Assembly: GCA_965227835.1 (NCBI GenBank)
Contig: OZ245768.1
Span: 1,140,001 to 1,172,000 of the forward strand
DNA: 32,000 bases
Source: Candidatus Saccharimonadota bacterium
GTDB lineage: Bacteria > Patescibacteriota > Gracilibacteria > BD1-5 > UBA6164
Direction: 5' to 3'
The position numbers and the translations under genes are program-made. Shown piece after piece: positions 9,085 to 19,916 of this stretch. Positions within the stretch are counted from its first letter, which is position 1. Each line of letters starts with the position of its first letter. The notes below the pieces were generated by a model, which ran no database searches, was not told the origin of the DNA, and worked only from the letters and a program-made list of their open reading frames with translations.

Positions 9085-9828
9085 ATGCCAAAATTTAATG
9101 ATTTAGATATGAATAGTGATAAAGATTTAACATATTCAAAAGCTATTGAACAGGTTATGCTAAATAACGGCTTTTATGCTACTCTTAAATTACTTTATGA
9201 AAAAATTTGGGATTACAAAGATAAATCAAATATTGTAGGGAAAACACCAGATATGACTATTCAAGAAAGAGTACAAAGAGACCCTAGGTTTACAAGGATT
9301 GCAAAAGGAGTTTATGCACTCACTGCCTTTTTAGAAAAAGTTGAAAAAGAAGATTTAGGTTTTTTTACTGTAAACAAAAAAGGAGATATTGTTTTCAAAA
9401 AGAATCCAGATTTTGAAACAAGGGTTTTTGAACAGACTGAAAAAATCGTTCAACAAAAAGCAAGAAAAGGACAATCATATTTTAGGGATGTACTTTTAAA
9501 AGAAATGCAAAGATGTCCTATAACAGGAATTGATGACAAAAGGCTCTTGGTTGCAAGTCATATAAAACCTTGGATTCATAGTGATAATGAAGAAAGAGTT
9601 AACTCAAAAAACGGTATATTACTTTCTCCATTGTTTGATAAGCTTTTTGATAAAGGAATTGGACTTATTACATTTACAACTGATAAAAAAATTTTAATTT
9701 CAAATAAACTCTCAAAAGAAAATATTGCCAGATTAAATATTTTTCCAAATAAAACTATAGAGAATTTAGATATTATTGGAAGAGAAAAATATCTTGATTA
9801 CCATAGAAAGTATATATTTCAATGATAA
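9085..9828 (+). CDS. HNH endonuclease (HNH_2-type domain) with an N-terminal HARE-HTH/winged-helix-like domain, 247 aa
   Basis: C-terminal GQSYFRDVLLKEMQRCPITGIDDKRLLVASHIKPW...NGILLSPLFDKLFDKGIGLITF matches the HNH_2 nuclease pattern. N-terminal AIEQVML..GKTPDMTIQERV..DPRFTRIAKGVYAL resembles HARE-HTH. There is no internal TGA and all 11 Gly are GGN. Ends TGA TAA (one extra Gly under table 25). Confidence 0.8.
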
Positions 9829-9872
9829 TTTATTTTTTTAATTACAAAGGACCCCTTAAAATCTACTCAAAA

Positions 9873-12800
9873 CTACCTCTTCCAAACAAAATTCAAATTA
9901 TCTTTATATTCATAAGTAATACCACTATATGTTCACAGCTCATGAATCTTTTGTAAATCTATTTTAACGAGCTCTCAATTATCATCTCTCAATACTGAAT
10001 TTTCAAAAACTGTCTGAAATGCTCATCACCTATTTGTTCAGTGTCAATGACTAGTGTCAACTATTATCCCATCAAAATTATTATCACTAGCAAAACTTAC
10101 GATATTTTTTAAAATGCTATTATATAAGTCTTTGGAAGACACTTTGGATGTAAACTCTTCACTAGGATTTGGACAAAAAAGTAAATATTTTTTATTATTA
10201 TCTTCTATCTTTAAAAGCATAGTAGTTCAAATATTTTTCTTTCTATCTAAATCCATAAGTAAAAATTCAAAATAATTTGGATTACTCCACATCTCTTTAT
10301 CATTTCAAATACATATTCATCAAACTCATCTTGCTTTAGCTTGCTCCTTTGTCTTTGAAAAATATCAGATAACATTTCTATCTTTTGATGATTTTTTTAC
10401 CAATTCTCAATTTGATTTTTGTTCTAATTCTCTTTTTTCTTCATATTTATCATTTTCCTTTTTCAAAGTTTTATATATTTCTCACTGTAGATTATGAATC
10501 ATTTTTAAATCAAGATCTATTTTATAATTATCTTGTAAAAATTTTAATACATTTTTTTCTAGTTTTATTTCCAGTTTTTTAATATTTTCCTCATTTGATA
10601 ATGCTTTAAAATCCTCTAAATCAAACATATTTACCAAATCTAAAACTCTTTCTTGTAAAAAAGAGTTTGTTTGCAAAGTTGTTGAAAATCTAGTTTTTAA
10701 AGATTTCTCTACAATTTTAAAATTTAGCTTATCTTCAGGAATATTTATAAAAGATCTAATTATTTGTTCTAAAAGTCTTTTTTTTACTAAGTTTTTATAT
10801 TCAGCTTTTTCCTGTAAATTTTTGGTTTTAGGAGCAATTATTTCTAAATCTTTTTTATCTTGTGAGGCAACTATTTTTCTCTCAATAGCATTAATAGTTT
10901 CTTTTAGACTATCACCATATTCATTTATCAAAGCTTCCAGTTGAAAAGCATTTTTAGAGTGCTTGTTACTTATCCTTAATATTTTATCATTACTTGCATT
11001 TTGAAATTCCTCAAACCTTCAAAGTAGCTGATAAGCTAGTAAAACATCCATATCTTCTATATCAAATTTCTGTTTATTCTTTTCAATTTCTTTAAAATAT
11101 TGGATTATCTGGAATTCTATTTTTTCACTACTAAATTGAAAATCAGGTATTATTTTATTTAAACTATCTTGCATAAATTTAGAAATATGACTCTCTCATT
11201 TTGACATTTCTTTTATATTTTCTACCCTTTTTCTAAAAATATTCATTAAATTTTCATCAACTTTTTCTCAATCTTTAAGTTTGTATCAGTTCAATCAAGA
11301 AAAAATCATTTTGTATCAAGTTTTGTCATATATATAATCTTTTAAATGGCTTGAATTGTCTTTATAATCATCCAAGGTTTCAGGAGTATAATAATCTACT
11401 CCATTATATACCATACAGGCAATATCATCTTCAAATCAATAACTAGATTTTATAGGTTTCAATTCAATTAAGTTATTTACTATTTCATCATACTTTAGCA
11501 ATAAATCTTTTTCTTCTTCTTCACTATTTGCTTTTAAAAAATTTATTATAAACTTAGATGGAGCATCTATTCACTTTAAATGAATAATTTTAATGAATTT
11601 TTCTACACGATTAGAATCAAAAAAATTATTATGTTCACCTGAAGATAAAAGACCGATTAAATTATTAAGTATATTTCAAAATTTATCATATTTGTTAGGT
11701 TCTCATATTTTTCATATATACTCCATAAGTATAGATATATTTCCTCAAAAGCTTGTAAGTGTTTTATTATATTTTAAAGCCTCTATTATATCATCTTTTT
11801 TTCATAAATATTTAAATAATACTTCCTTTCAAAAATGATTTTCTAATTGCAAAAGATCATTTAAATGATTGCTGTACATACTTGATATCTCAAACATCTT
11901 ATCTTCTGATTTAATATCTTTTTCATCAAACTCTAATTTATTTATTATATCTATATGATGATTTTGTATTGATTGATTTCTAAAAGAAGTATAAAATCAT
12001 TTAAATTCTAATAAATCATCTAAATTATTAATTTTATTAGAGAAATTTTCTTTTAAAAACTTAAAATAAATTTTGAAGTCTCTAAATGGAGTAAATATAT
12101 CATTATATTTTTTAAAGTCCTCAAAGCTTACTTCAATTCAAAATATCTCTTCTACACTTTTAACATTAATAATTCAAGTTGATGTTATTAGTGAGTAAAA
12201 TGATGGAAATTTATTTAAGGATCAGTCTTCAGATCTTAATGCAATTGGAATTAAATTATCTAAAAATCATTTTTTATCTCTTAAAAAATCATCTCAAAAT
12301 TTTGAAAATATATAATTGTATCCTTTATAATATTCAAAATTTTTAGGCAAAGTGCAATCTGAAGAAATATCGTAAAATTCTTTAAATTCTAATAAATCAT
12401 CTAATGTTTTTATTTTATCAGGGAAGTTTTCTTTTAAAATCTTAAATTCATTTTCAAGATTTTGCCTTGCAATAAATATCTCACTGTATTTTTTAAAATC
12501 TTCAAAACTTATCTCAAATCAAAATATTTCTTTTATATTTAAAATGTTTCAAATTCAGTTCAAACATCCATAATTACTTTTTAAAATATCTAAAAATCAT
12601 TTTTTATCTCTTAAAAAATCATCACTATACTTTGAAAATAAATAACAATATTCTTTTTCTAATCCAATTAAAACTACATTAAGATCATCGCTAAATTCTA
12701 TAAGTTTATGTTTGAAGAAATTTCTATATGAAAATATTTCTGGTATAGTTTTTTCTATTTCAAGATATTCTTTTAAGATATCTTCCCATTTACCTCAAAA

Positions 12801-13994
12801 TATAAAATTTAAGAATTCAATTCAATTTTTTCATTGTAAATCATATTCATCTATAATTCAATAACTACCTCAACTTATCAAATCAGAAGCCTTATAGTCT
12901 GATTTAAAAATTCATCTTAAAATAAGTTCTTCTTTAAAAATATCGTCTCAAAATCTAGAATGTAGCAATTTCAACAAATCAAAATTTTCTTTTTCAGTTT
13001 TACCTCAAAAAGTATTTTTATTTAAGATTTTTAAAACTTTACAAAAGTCACTATTTTTATCTAAACTTATATTTCATTTTCAAAATAGTTCCAATGAATT
13101 TCTTAAAACCTCGTTATCTATGCTAAATAGGTTTTCTACCTGACCTATAACTTCTACTAGTCTTGGAATATCTTTTATTATAGGATCTCCTTCTAAATTA
13201 TTATTTAGGTAAATTAAGTTATTTAATCAATCTTTAGGATATAAGGAAAAGAATAATTCTGTAATTTCTAAATATGAAATAAATTTCTCATCATCTGAAT
13301 TATCTATGTTTAAAAATTTATATAAATTTATAAGTTGATTAAAATCATCTAAATCTATTATAGAATAAAATAAACTATCATAAGTATGTTTAATTATTTT
13401 ATTATATATAAATCATTCAATAGAATTTCTAAGCTTTAAATACTTATCCAAATTTTCAGTTAATAAATCCCTTAGATTTTCTTCTCTCAATATATAAAAA
13501 CATAGTTTATTATCATTTGAGTAAAAATCTCATCTAATTTCTTTGAATTTTTCTAAATCTAAGTTCTTTAAAAAATTAACTCATTCATAACTACATATTG
13601 AAAATTTATTATGTCCTCATTTTTTAATATTTTCATAGTCATTATCTAGTATTCATAATCAAAAATAGTTAACTTTTTCTATCAATCATTTATTTATTCA
13701 CAAAAACTTAAATGATTTTAACACAGACAATCAAATCCTTCAATTTTCATCATATCAAAATTTTTTTCAAAGAATATCAATAAAAAGATTTAAGTTATCT
13801 ATTTCTTCCAAAAAATCATATTCACTTTTTTCTCACTCTACCACTCAATATTCTTTTAATATTTCTTCCCTTGATTTTAGATTAACTAAATTCATAGCTT
13901 TATTTTTAGTATCAAGAACATCTAAAGAAACTTGACTTTCATTTCAGCCTTCTTGTTTTAATCATTGATGTATTTCTAACTCACTAAGTGTCAT
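9873..13994 (-). CDS. Giant orphan protein, 1373 aa, no recognised domain
   Basis: ATG at 13994, TAG at 9873-9875. All 1374 triplets were checked: no TAA/TAG, dozens of TGA. Composition is rich in K/E/D/F/L/N/I. Internal ~125-aa tandem duplication. The C-terminal ~200 aa (..RGVGGICIGNDKEMWSNPNYFEF..IIVDTSHGHGTNRGGAFQ..) is more globular. The track sees only 10482..10931. Confidence 0.8.
11990..12670. repeat. Intragenic tandem duplication (two units of ~330-380 bp) inside the giant ORF
   Basis: Identical 36-nt block at 12258..12293 and 12588..12623. Identical 21-nt block at 12003..12023 and 12384..12404. Protein units share ..FSK(F/Y)(G/S)DDFLRDKKGFLD.. and ..EIFG(F/I)E(I/V)SFEDFKKY..LKENF..DDLLEFK.. 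. Confidence 0.8.
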
Positions 13995-14180
13995 TTTTTG
14001 TTTTTATTTATAATTTTTTTTATTTTATCATATTTGACTTAATGAAGCAAAAAATATGGCATAGAAAATAGAATTTTTAGCTTAAAGAAAGGCTGAAAAA
14101 TTCATTTAAAAGAAAAAAATTCTTTTTTGTTAATTTTTACCAGAATTTTTTTTTGGCTTAGTTAATATTCTTTTGTAATT

Positions 14181-14224
14181 AAAAAAACCAAGCATTAATT
14201 TTAAAATTAATGCTTGGTTTTTTA
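14181..14224. terminator. Strong bidirectional terminator hairpin
   Basis: CCAAGCATTAATT-TTAA-AATTAATGCTTGG (13-bp stem, 14188..14217) flanked by an A-run and a T-run. Separates the SDR transcription unit from the giant-gene promoter region. Confidence 0.75.
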
Positions 14225-14247
14225 TATATTGAAAAAATTTAACAAAA

Positions 14248-14382
14248 TTAAGATCTATGGATTAAGTTATTTATAAACTTATCATCTACTTTTAAAGCAA
14301 AATCTTTATCATTATCTGATAATATTCATCTTAATGAATCATATATATTTGATAAAGAAAGCTCTAATCATCTACTAAGCAT
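14248..14382 (-). CDS. Possible small ORF, 44 aa (MLSRGLELSLSNIYDSLRGILSDNDKDFALKVDDKFINNLIHRS), or a gene remnant
   Basis: Open frame between the SDR stop and the terminator. Contains 2 TGA. No recognisable homology or RBS. Confidence 0.25.
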
Positions 14383-14462
14383 ATTTTTCCAAAATGTAGT
14401 ATCGCGATTACGATTTATGTTATAAATTGCACTACGAATAATATATTCTCTAAAAAATTCTC

Positions 14463-15245
14463 TTACTCTGCTTTACTCTGCATTTTAAATATTATATCCA
14501 AAGAAATTTTTTTAGGGATAAATGGTAAAATAAAAAGAGCAAACCTTTGTCAAAATGTTAATCAAGATATAACATCCATTTTTCAATTTAACATTGCATT
14601 ATATCAATCTAAAGCAACTTTGTTTGCAGAAGCAGTTTTTGCAAATAATTGGGTTTTTTGAAGTCATGCTGTTTTTTCAAATCATGTTTCAGTTGCTCAT
14701 GGCATCAAGTTTGTAACAGTAACTCATGTTCATTCTAATTCTCTTGAAAGTGCATTTGAGAAAAACTGAACAAATGATTTACTAGCATAATATACAGCTT
14801 GTAGTGGACCTGGCATATATGAAGCAGTAGATGATACATTTAATATTTTACCAGATCATCTTTTAACCATATCTTCTAAAAAATATCTAGTTAACTCCGT
14901 CAGAGTTGTAATATTAAGCTGAATCATATTTTTATCATCTCTAAAGTCTCTTTTATGAAAAAATCACTGACCCCCAAATCATGCATTGTTGATTAAATAA
15001 TCAATTTCTATCCCTTGTTTTTTTATTTCATCGTATAATTCTTTAGGAGAATTTGGATTACTTAAATCTTTTGAAATAACAACTACTTTTCTCGAAAAAC
15101 TACTTTCTATTTCATCTTTTATTTTTTCTAGTTTTTCTTTATTTCTTGCTACCAAAACTAAATCTCAGGTTTGTTTAGCATGTATAAATGCAAATTCTTT
15201 TCATATTCCTAAGCTTGCACCAGTTATTAAAGCTACATTTTTCAT
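14463..15245 (-). CDS. Short-chain dehydrogenase/reductase (SDR) family oxidoreductase, 260 aa
   Basis: MKNVALITGASLGIGKEF cofactor loop (last G is TGA at 15201-15203), NNAG motif, and catalytic S...YxxSK (VSSTASY..YYASKSF). Frame checked. Confidence 0.9.
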
Positions 15246-15423
15246 ATACAAATATATTAAATTTTAAAATTATTTAACACTTTATTAATATATAAAATTA
15301 AAGGTAAAATATCAAAATATTTTTGTAATATTTTTTAGAAAGTAAAAGGAAGCTTTGATATTCCAAAGCTAAATATATTATTAAAGTAGCTCTATTTTAC
15401 ACTGATATTAAAAATTTAATGAC

Positions 15424-15450
15424 TAAAAAAAGAGCCCCCGAAGGGGCTCT
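15424..15450 (-). terminator. Rho-independent terminator of the 590-aa gene
   Basis: Minus strand reads AGAGCCCC-TTCG-GGGGCTCT followed by TTTTTTT. It is a GC-rich stem in an AT-rich context. Confidence 0.8.
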
Positions 15451-15492
15451 GTTGAATCAGGTTTTATCCTGAAGTTATTGTTACCTAATGAC

Positions 15493-17265
15493 TTATTGGC
15501 TTCTCATCTGATCTAGAATATTAGCCTTTTGTTCATCAGAAAGACTTTCTCACTCACTATCAGCTTGTTTAGCATCACGAGCATTTTGCTTTCTTGTATC
15601 AGCTCTTTTAAATCGTTCAGATACTTCAAGCTGTTCACTGGTAGTAGAAAGATTAATATCAAGATTATCAAACCCTGAAATATCAATGATTCCACTTCCA
15701 CCATCCATGAACTCAACCCAAACTGTATCACCGATCAAAGTTGGAGGAACTTCATGTGAAACACTAGATGAGGTTATAAATAATTTATTATCTATACCAT
15801 CAAGCATTATGTAATAGAAAGTTTCTCCATTTTTGATATCACTTGAAAAACGAACGACATCACCGGTATATGTGTAGCTTTGAACAGCTCCATCAGGAAC
15901 AACTGATCTACCATTGCTTGCAATTTCACTTCTATATGAACGCAAAGCATCACGGATATTATTCCCTACACCGACAATACTGTAGTCTTCAACGGACACC
16001 ATAGCAATCATCTTGATCAGTCCACCTTTGTCTTTAAGTGACATTACATAAGTTGGAATACCAGAGATATTGTAAAGAATAGGAAATGAAGTTGCATAAT
16101 TTTTTTCCGGAACTTTTCCCCGTGCAGAATCTTGTGCTTTAGTTTCAGTTGCACCAGCCTGCTTGTACCAATGACTTTCTTTAGTACGAGTATCAACTAA
16201 GACAAAACCAACAGTAGAACCATCTCTACCAATAGAAGTAATACCAGAATACCAGTAGGATTTGCCATCTTTGCCATATACAAGAGACATACCAGGAGTA
16301 GTTTTCAATACACCTTCTTTGGAACCAAAACCACTTTGATTCAACCAGCCTTTTCCAAACTTACCCCAGTTATCAAGTTGGGTAATGATAAAACTCTCGG
16401 GTTGTATTCTATCAATCCATTCGGGTGCATTTTCAGGTTCATATAATTCGCTGATTTTACCTGTGTTAGGATTGACTGTAACAACACCAATTGCATCACT
16501 ACCAAGATAACCAACTTCTTTATCATAAACAGTAACTACCCAAAAAGGCATACCATCATCACGAACCTCAAAGGTATAATCATAAAGACCATAACCCATA
16601 TATCCATTGGTATATAGATGTCTTTTTAGATTATCACCAAAGTATGCATGGTTTTGATAACGAACAGAAATCTTTTTACCCTCAACTTGAGTTACATATT
16701 CAACATCACGGTCATTTGTTGCAGATACTTTCACGTATCCAGGAGTAGAGTCAAATCTAAGCCATTTCCAAAAACCAGAATGAACCACAGGAGCAACCCA
16801 ATAAAGATCACCATTTATTTGTTGAATACTAAATTTACCCAACTCTGCACGACTACCTAATGCATTTGGTGCTTCCCCAAGAACTACTTGACCAACACGT
16901 TCAGCAACACTCTGATCCACAATACGCATCTGAGTAATATCTACAGGAGCTATATCTTGGGTAAATACACTTTCTCTGACATCACCTATAAGTCTGTGGT
17001 ATTCTTTTGCATTAAAAGGACTCAAGGAAAATATAGGCATAATAAAAAGAAAGAGAAAACCAATACTAGATATAACAATACCACCTATTCTATGAGTGAA
17101 ATAGGAAATAATACCACCAGATAGTATTAGGATAAAAGCCCAAGTTCCAAAACCATAAGCCATTACAGGCATAGGAAAGTAGTAAGAAAACAAAAGAAAT
17201 AATAAAGTTAATATTACCCCAGAAATCTTAGAGAATGTCCCTAGAGTTTCTTTGAAATATTTCAT
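15493..17265 (-). CDS. Membrane-anchored protein with a large extracytoplasmic domain, 590 aa under table 25 (571 aa if TGA 15550-15552 were a stop), function unknown
   Basis: ATG at 17265. Three N-terminal TM helices, then a W/Y/G-rich soluble domain. 57 Gly codons are all GGN, and the only TGA is codon 572. G+C is about 38-43% on sampled lines versus 12-30% in neighbouring genes. GAGGA RBS 8 nt before the ATG. Confidence 0.85.
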
Positions 17266-17301
17266 AATTTTTCCTCAATATTTTAGGATTAATTAAAAAT
17301 T

Positions 17302-17320
17302 AGTAACACAATGTGTTACT
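17302..17320. promoter_or_regulatory. Perfect 19-nt palindrome AGTAACACA-A-TGTGTTACT in the leader of the 590-aa gene (operator or RNA hairpin)
   Basis: Lies 37-55 nt upstream of the start codon. On the minus-strand RNA it forms an 8-bp hairpin followed by AAUUUUUAAUU. Confidence 0.45.
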
Positions 17321-17461
17321 ACCATAAAGCCTACAATGGTAAAAAATACCGAAAGCAGGTAACATTTTTGTTATTTTAAAAGCAATCACATAAAAATGAT
17401 ACTTTTAAAAAACAAAGTTTCTGTTTACTAAAATTATTTTAAAGAACACAAAAACATATGG

Positions 17462-17489
17462 ATTATAACTATAATAATTTGTTTGTCAA
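17462..17489 (-). promoter_or_regulatory. Consensus sigma-70 promoter (TTGACA, 16-nt spacer, TATAAT) for the 590-aa gene
   Basis: The reverse complement of 17462..17489 reads TTGACAAACAAATTATTATAGTTATAAT. This implies a ~190-nt 5' UTR. Confidence 0.5.
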
Positions 17490-17565
17490 AAAAATCCCAA
17501 AAAAATACTAGAATTAAAAAACTCTAGTAACTTCCAAACACCTTTTTAAATTTTAAATATGTACT

Positions 17566-17808
17566 TTACTCCACCTCTTCAAAATAAACTCTATATCTTT
17601 TTCAGTCTATAATTATTAGATTTTGAGAATTTAAAGTATTTTTAGCTTCTACCTCCAATACATTGTTTTTTAAACTATCAATATTATTGCTTGGAATTAA
17701 AATTCAAACACTTATTATTAAAAAAGATATACCCATTATCAAAAATAGAGAATCTTTCAACTTAACATCAAACAATTCTTTGTATGCTTTGTATAAAATC
17801 TTTGCCAT
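17566..17808 (-). CDS. Small membrane-anchored protein, 80 aa, function unknown
   Basis: MAKILYKAYKELFDVKLKDSLFLIMGISFLIISVGILIP.. with one TM helix and 2 TGA. Frame checked. Confidence 0.55.
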
Positions 17809-17974
17809 TATCCTTTATTAAATCTAAATATTTTTATCCCCTGAGGGATGGAGGCATATACATTAAAACACACTTTTGACATAAAGTCAAAAAAATGTAT
17901 GAAAAAATTATAAAAATATTTAAAAATAATAAATTTTTTTGAAAAAACTTGAAAAATTAGAAAAAACAAAGACT

Positions 17975-18382
17975 CTATCTTAAATCTTTATTAAACAAAA
18001 ACCACATCCATTTTTGATAAACACTCATACCATAAGTTTCATCATAAGATCTATTTTTTATGTTAGAAAAATCATCTGTATCTTCACTGGTAGCATTTAC
18101 AAATTTATTAAAATCCTCTTCTTCTTTTAAATAAACAACTATTTCTCACCTATTTTTTAAACTATCCTGCTTTAAAATCTTGTTTTGATAACTCTTAGAT
18201 TTTTTATATTTTATAGTTTCTTGAGCCTCTTTTATATATTCTCTTATTTCTAGATTTAACTCATTTATACTCTTTATATGTTCAGCTATCTTGTATTGCC
18301 TATATTTATGATCTACAATACTATACAAAATCAAAAGCAACAAAAATATTAAAATCAAAAACATGTAATACCTTCTGTTCAT
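17975..18382 (-). CDS. FtsB/DivIC-like septum formation initiator family protein, 135 aa
   Basis: N-terminal TM (YYMFLILIFLLLLILYSIV), a coiled-coil stretch, then ..ILKQDSLKNRGEIVVYL, which resembles the family C-terminal (L)G(L)xxxGExV motif (the G is TGA at 18146). Frame checked. Confidence 0.5.
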
Positions 18383-18466
18383 TTTTTACTTGATTAAATT
18401 CATCAAAAATTATAATACAATATAGATTAAATAATATCTAAAAAATTAAAAAGTAAATCAAAACTA

Positions 18467-19666
18467 ATGAAAACACCACAGAGCAAATTTTTGTTTATAG
18501 TTCTATTTTTTATAAGCATAATAATAATATATGTAGTCTTTGATAAAGTCTTTAATTCCAAAATAGATAGAAGCTCATACGTGTCTCTTCTAAACTGAGA
18601 AGCATTTTTAAATGAAAATAAACTAGAAATTGAAATAAAAAATAAGCTTGAAACTTGAGATAAAATAAAAACTATATGACAAAGCTCTTTAGCAGTGATA
18701 AAATGGGGGGATTGAAGTATTACCAGACTTTGATGAGACTCTTCCCTGGTAATAAAAGAAGCAAACATTGATAAAAAGTTACTCAACATAAAAATAGACT
18801 TTGAACTTGAAAAGTGAAAAACTTGGTCAAATGTAGTAAGCTTTATGTGAAATGATTCTTATTTTTCTCAAGAATTTGCTGATACTACAGCAGCTGTTAG
18901 ATGAACAATATTTGAGGTAAATCTAGAGAAAGATTATGTTTATACTCATTCTCATGAGATAAAACTTACAAAAAAAGATTGAGAAACAAAGACAATATCT
19001 GAAAATAAACCATTTATAATATCACAATTTTCTTTTACAAGTTTAGTAGAATTCATAAAAAACTTTAAAGATGATAGCTTTATGAAGCTAAACATAAACC
19101 TTGATAAAGAATTTTATAATGATTTAGTAAAAAATATTTGAGATTTAAGTAAGTTTGGTTCTGATAAAATATCAGATATATCAAAACTAAGCCCTGAAGA
19201 TAAGAAAAAACTTTATAATAAAATTTTATCTCAATATCAAAACTTATGATTTGTAAATCCAGACTCAAAAGAACTTTATAACAAAAAAATTGAGATAAAA
19301 AAATCTCTTTTAGAATTAGCAGATGATAGCGAAAAACAAAAGATATTAGTTGAAAGTCTCTATGATTTCAAAGCTTTAGCTAAAAACAAACAATTTGAAG
19401 AGCTAAAAAACCTAAGCATAATACTTGCCGAAAACAAAGATGCTTTATTTAACTCAAATATAAGATGGGAAAACTATATTGATAAAAGCTTTATTGATAA
19501 ATTAAATGATCTAGATATAGCAGAAGGTTTGAAAAAAGAATTTGAGAAAAATTTTAACGAAATCAAGACAAATCTAAATCTGGAAAATATAGACCCTCTT
19601 ATAGATTCAGCTAAAAAATCTATACAGTGAATAAAAGATAGTTTTAAGGATAGTTTTAAAAATTAG
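18467..19666 (+). CDS. FecR-domain membrane protein, 399 aa
   Basis: N-terminal TM anchor, then GDKIKTIGQSSLAVIKWGDGSITRLGGDSSLVIKE, typical of the FecR beta-sandwich domain. Long K/E-rich helical tail. Frame checked. The antisense track ORF 18427..18789 is a shadow. Confidence 0.7.
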
Positions 19667-19861
19667 CATTCTACAAAAAAACAATTTTTTGTAAATTTTT
19701 GGCTTGGAATAACTAAACAAAAAATTATCTAAAAAATGGTTATTTTTCTTCCAAAGAATCCCATTTTTAAAACTATCCTTGATAAATTTATAGTAAATTA
19801 ACTCGTAAATTAGACTATTTTGAAATACAATTTTAATTAAAAAATAATTCTTTGTTGCTTG

Positions 19862-19916
19862 TCAACAGAGGGCTTTAGCCCTTTGATATTATAAGAATTT
19901 TATATTTTTGAAAAAA
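19862..19916. repeat. REP-like palindromic intergenic element, copy 2 (best-preserved)
   Basis: TCAACAGAGGGCTTTAGCCCTTTG (imperfect palindrome CAGAGGGCT-TT-AGCCCTTTG) plus ATATTATAAGAATTTTATATTTTTGAAAAAA. Flanked by two 24-nt boxes, ATAGTAAA(T/A)TAACTCG(T/C)AA(A/G)TTAG, at 19790..19813 and 19942..19965. Confidence 0.65.

Noticed and set aside
9862-9877. A 13-nt match (ACTCAAAACTACC) to the IS/MITE terminal repeat, overlapping the stop codon of the giant ORF. This hinted that an IS end truncates the giant gene or bounds the HNH gene.
   Set aside because: The similarity stops after 13 nt, with no second end or transposase nearby. In AT-rich DNA this could be chance or a very old scar, so it is too weak to call.
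15550-17265. Taking the 571-aa track ORF at face value, with its TGA as the stop. Also the overlapping or internal track ORFs 15513..15731, 16341..16526, 16648..16860 and 16888..17124.
   Set aside because: Every other gene in the window reads TGA as Gly, so in this organism translation should continue to TAA at 15493. The terminator position fits either end. The overlapping ORFs are alternative-frame artefacts. The TGA is kept as a finding (possible ancestral stop), not as the annotated end.
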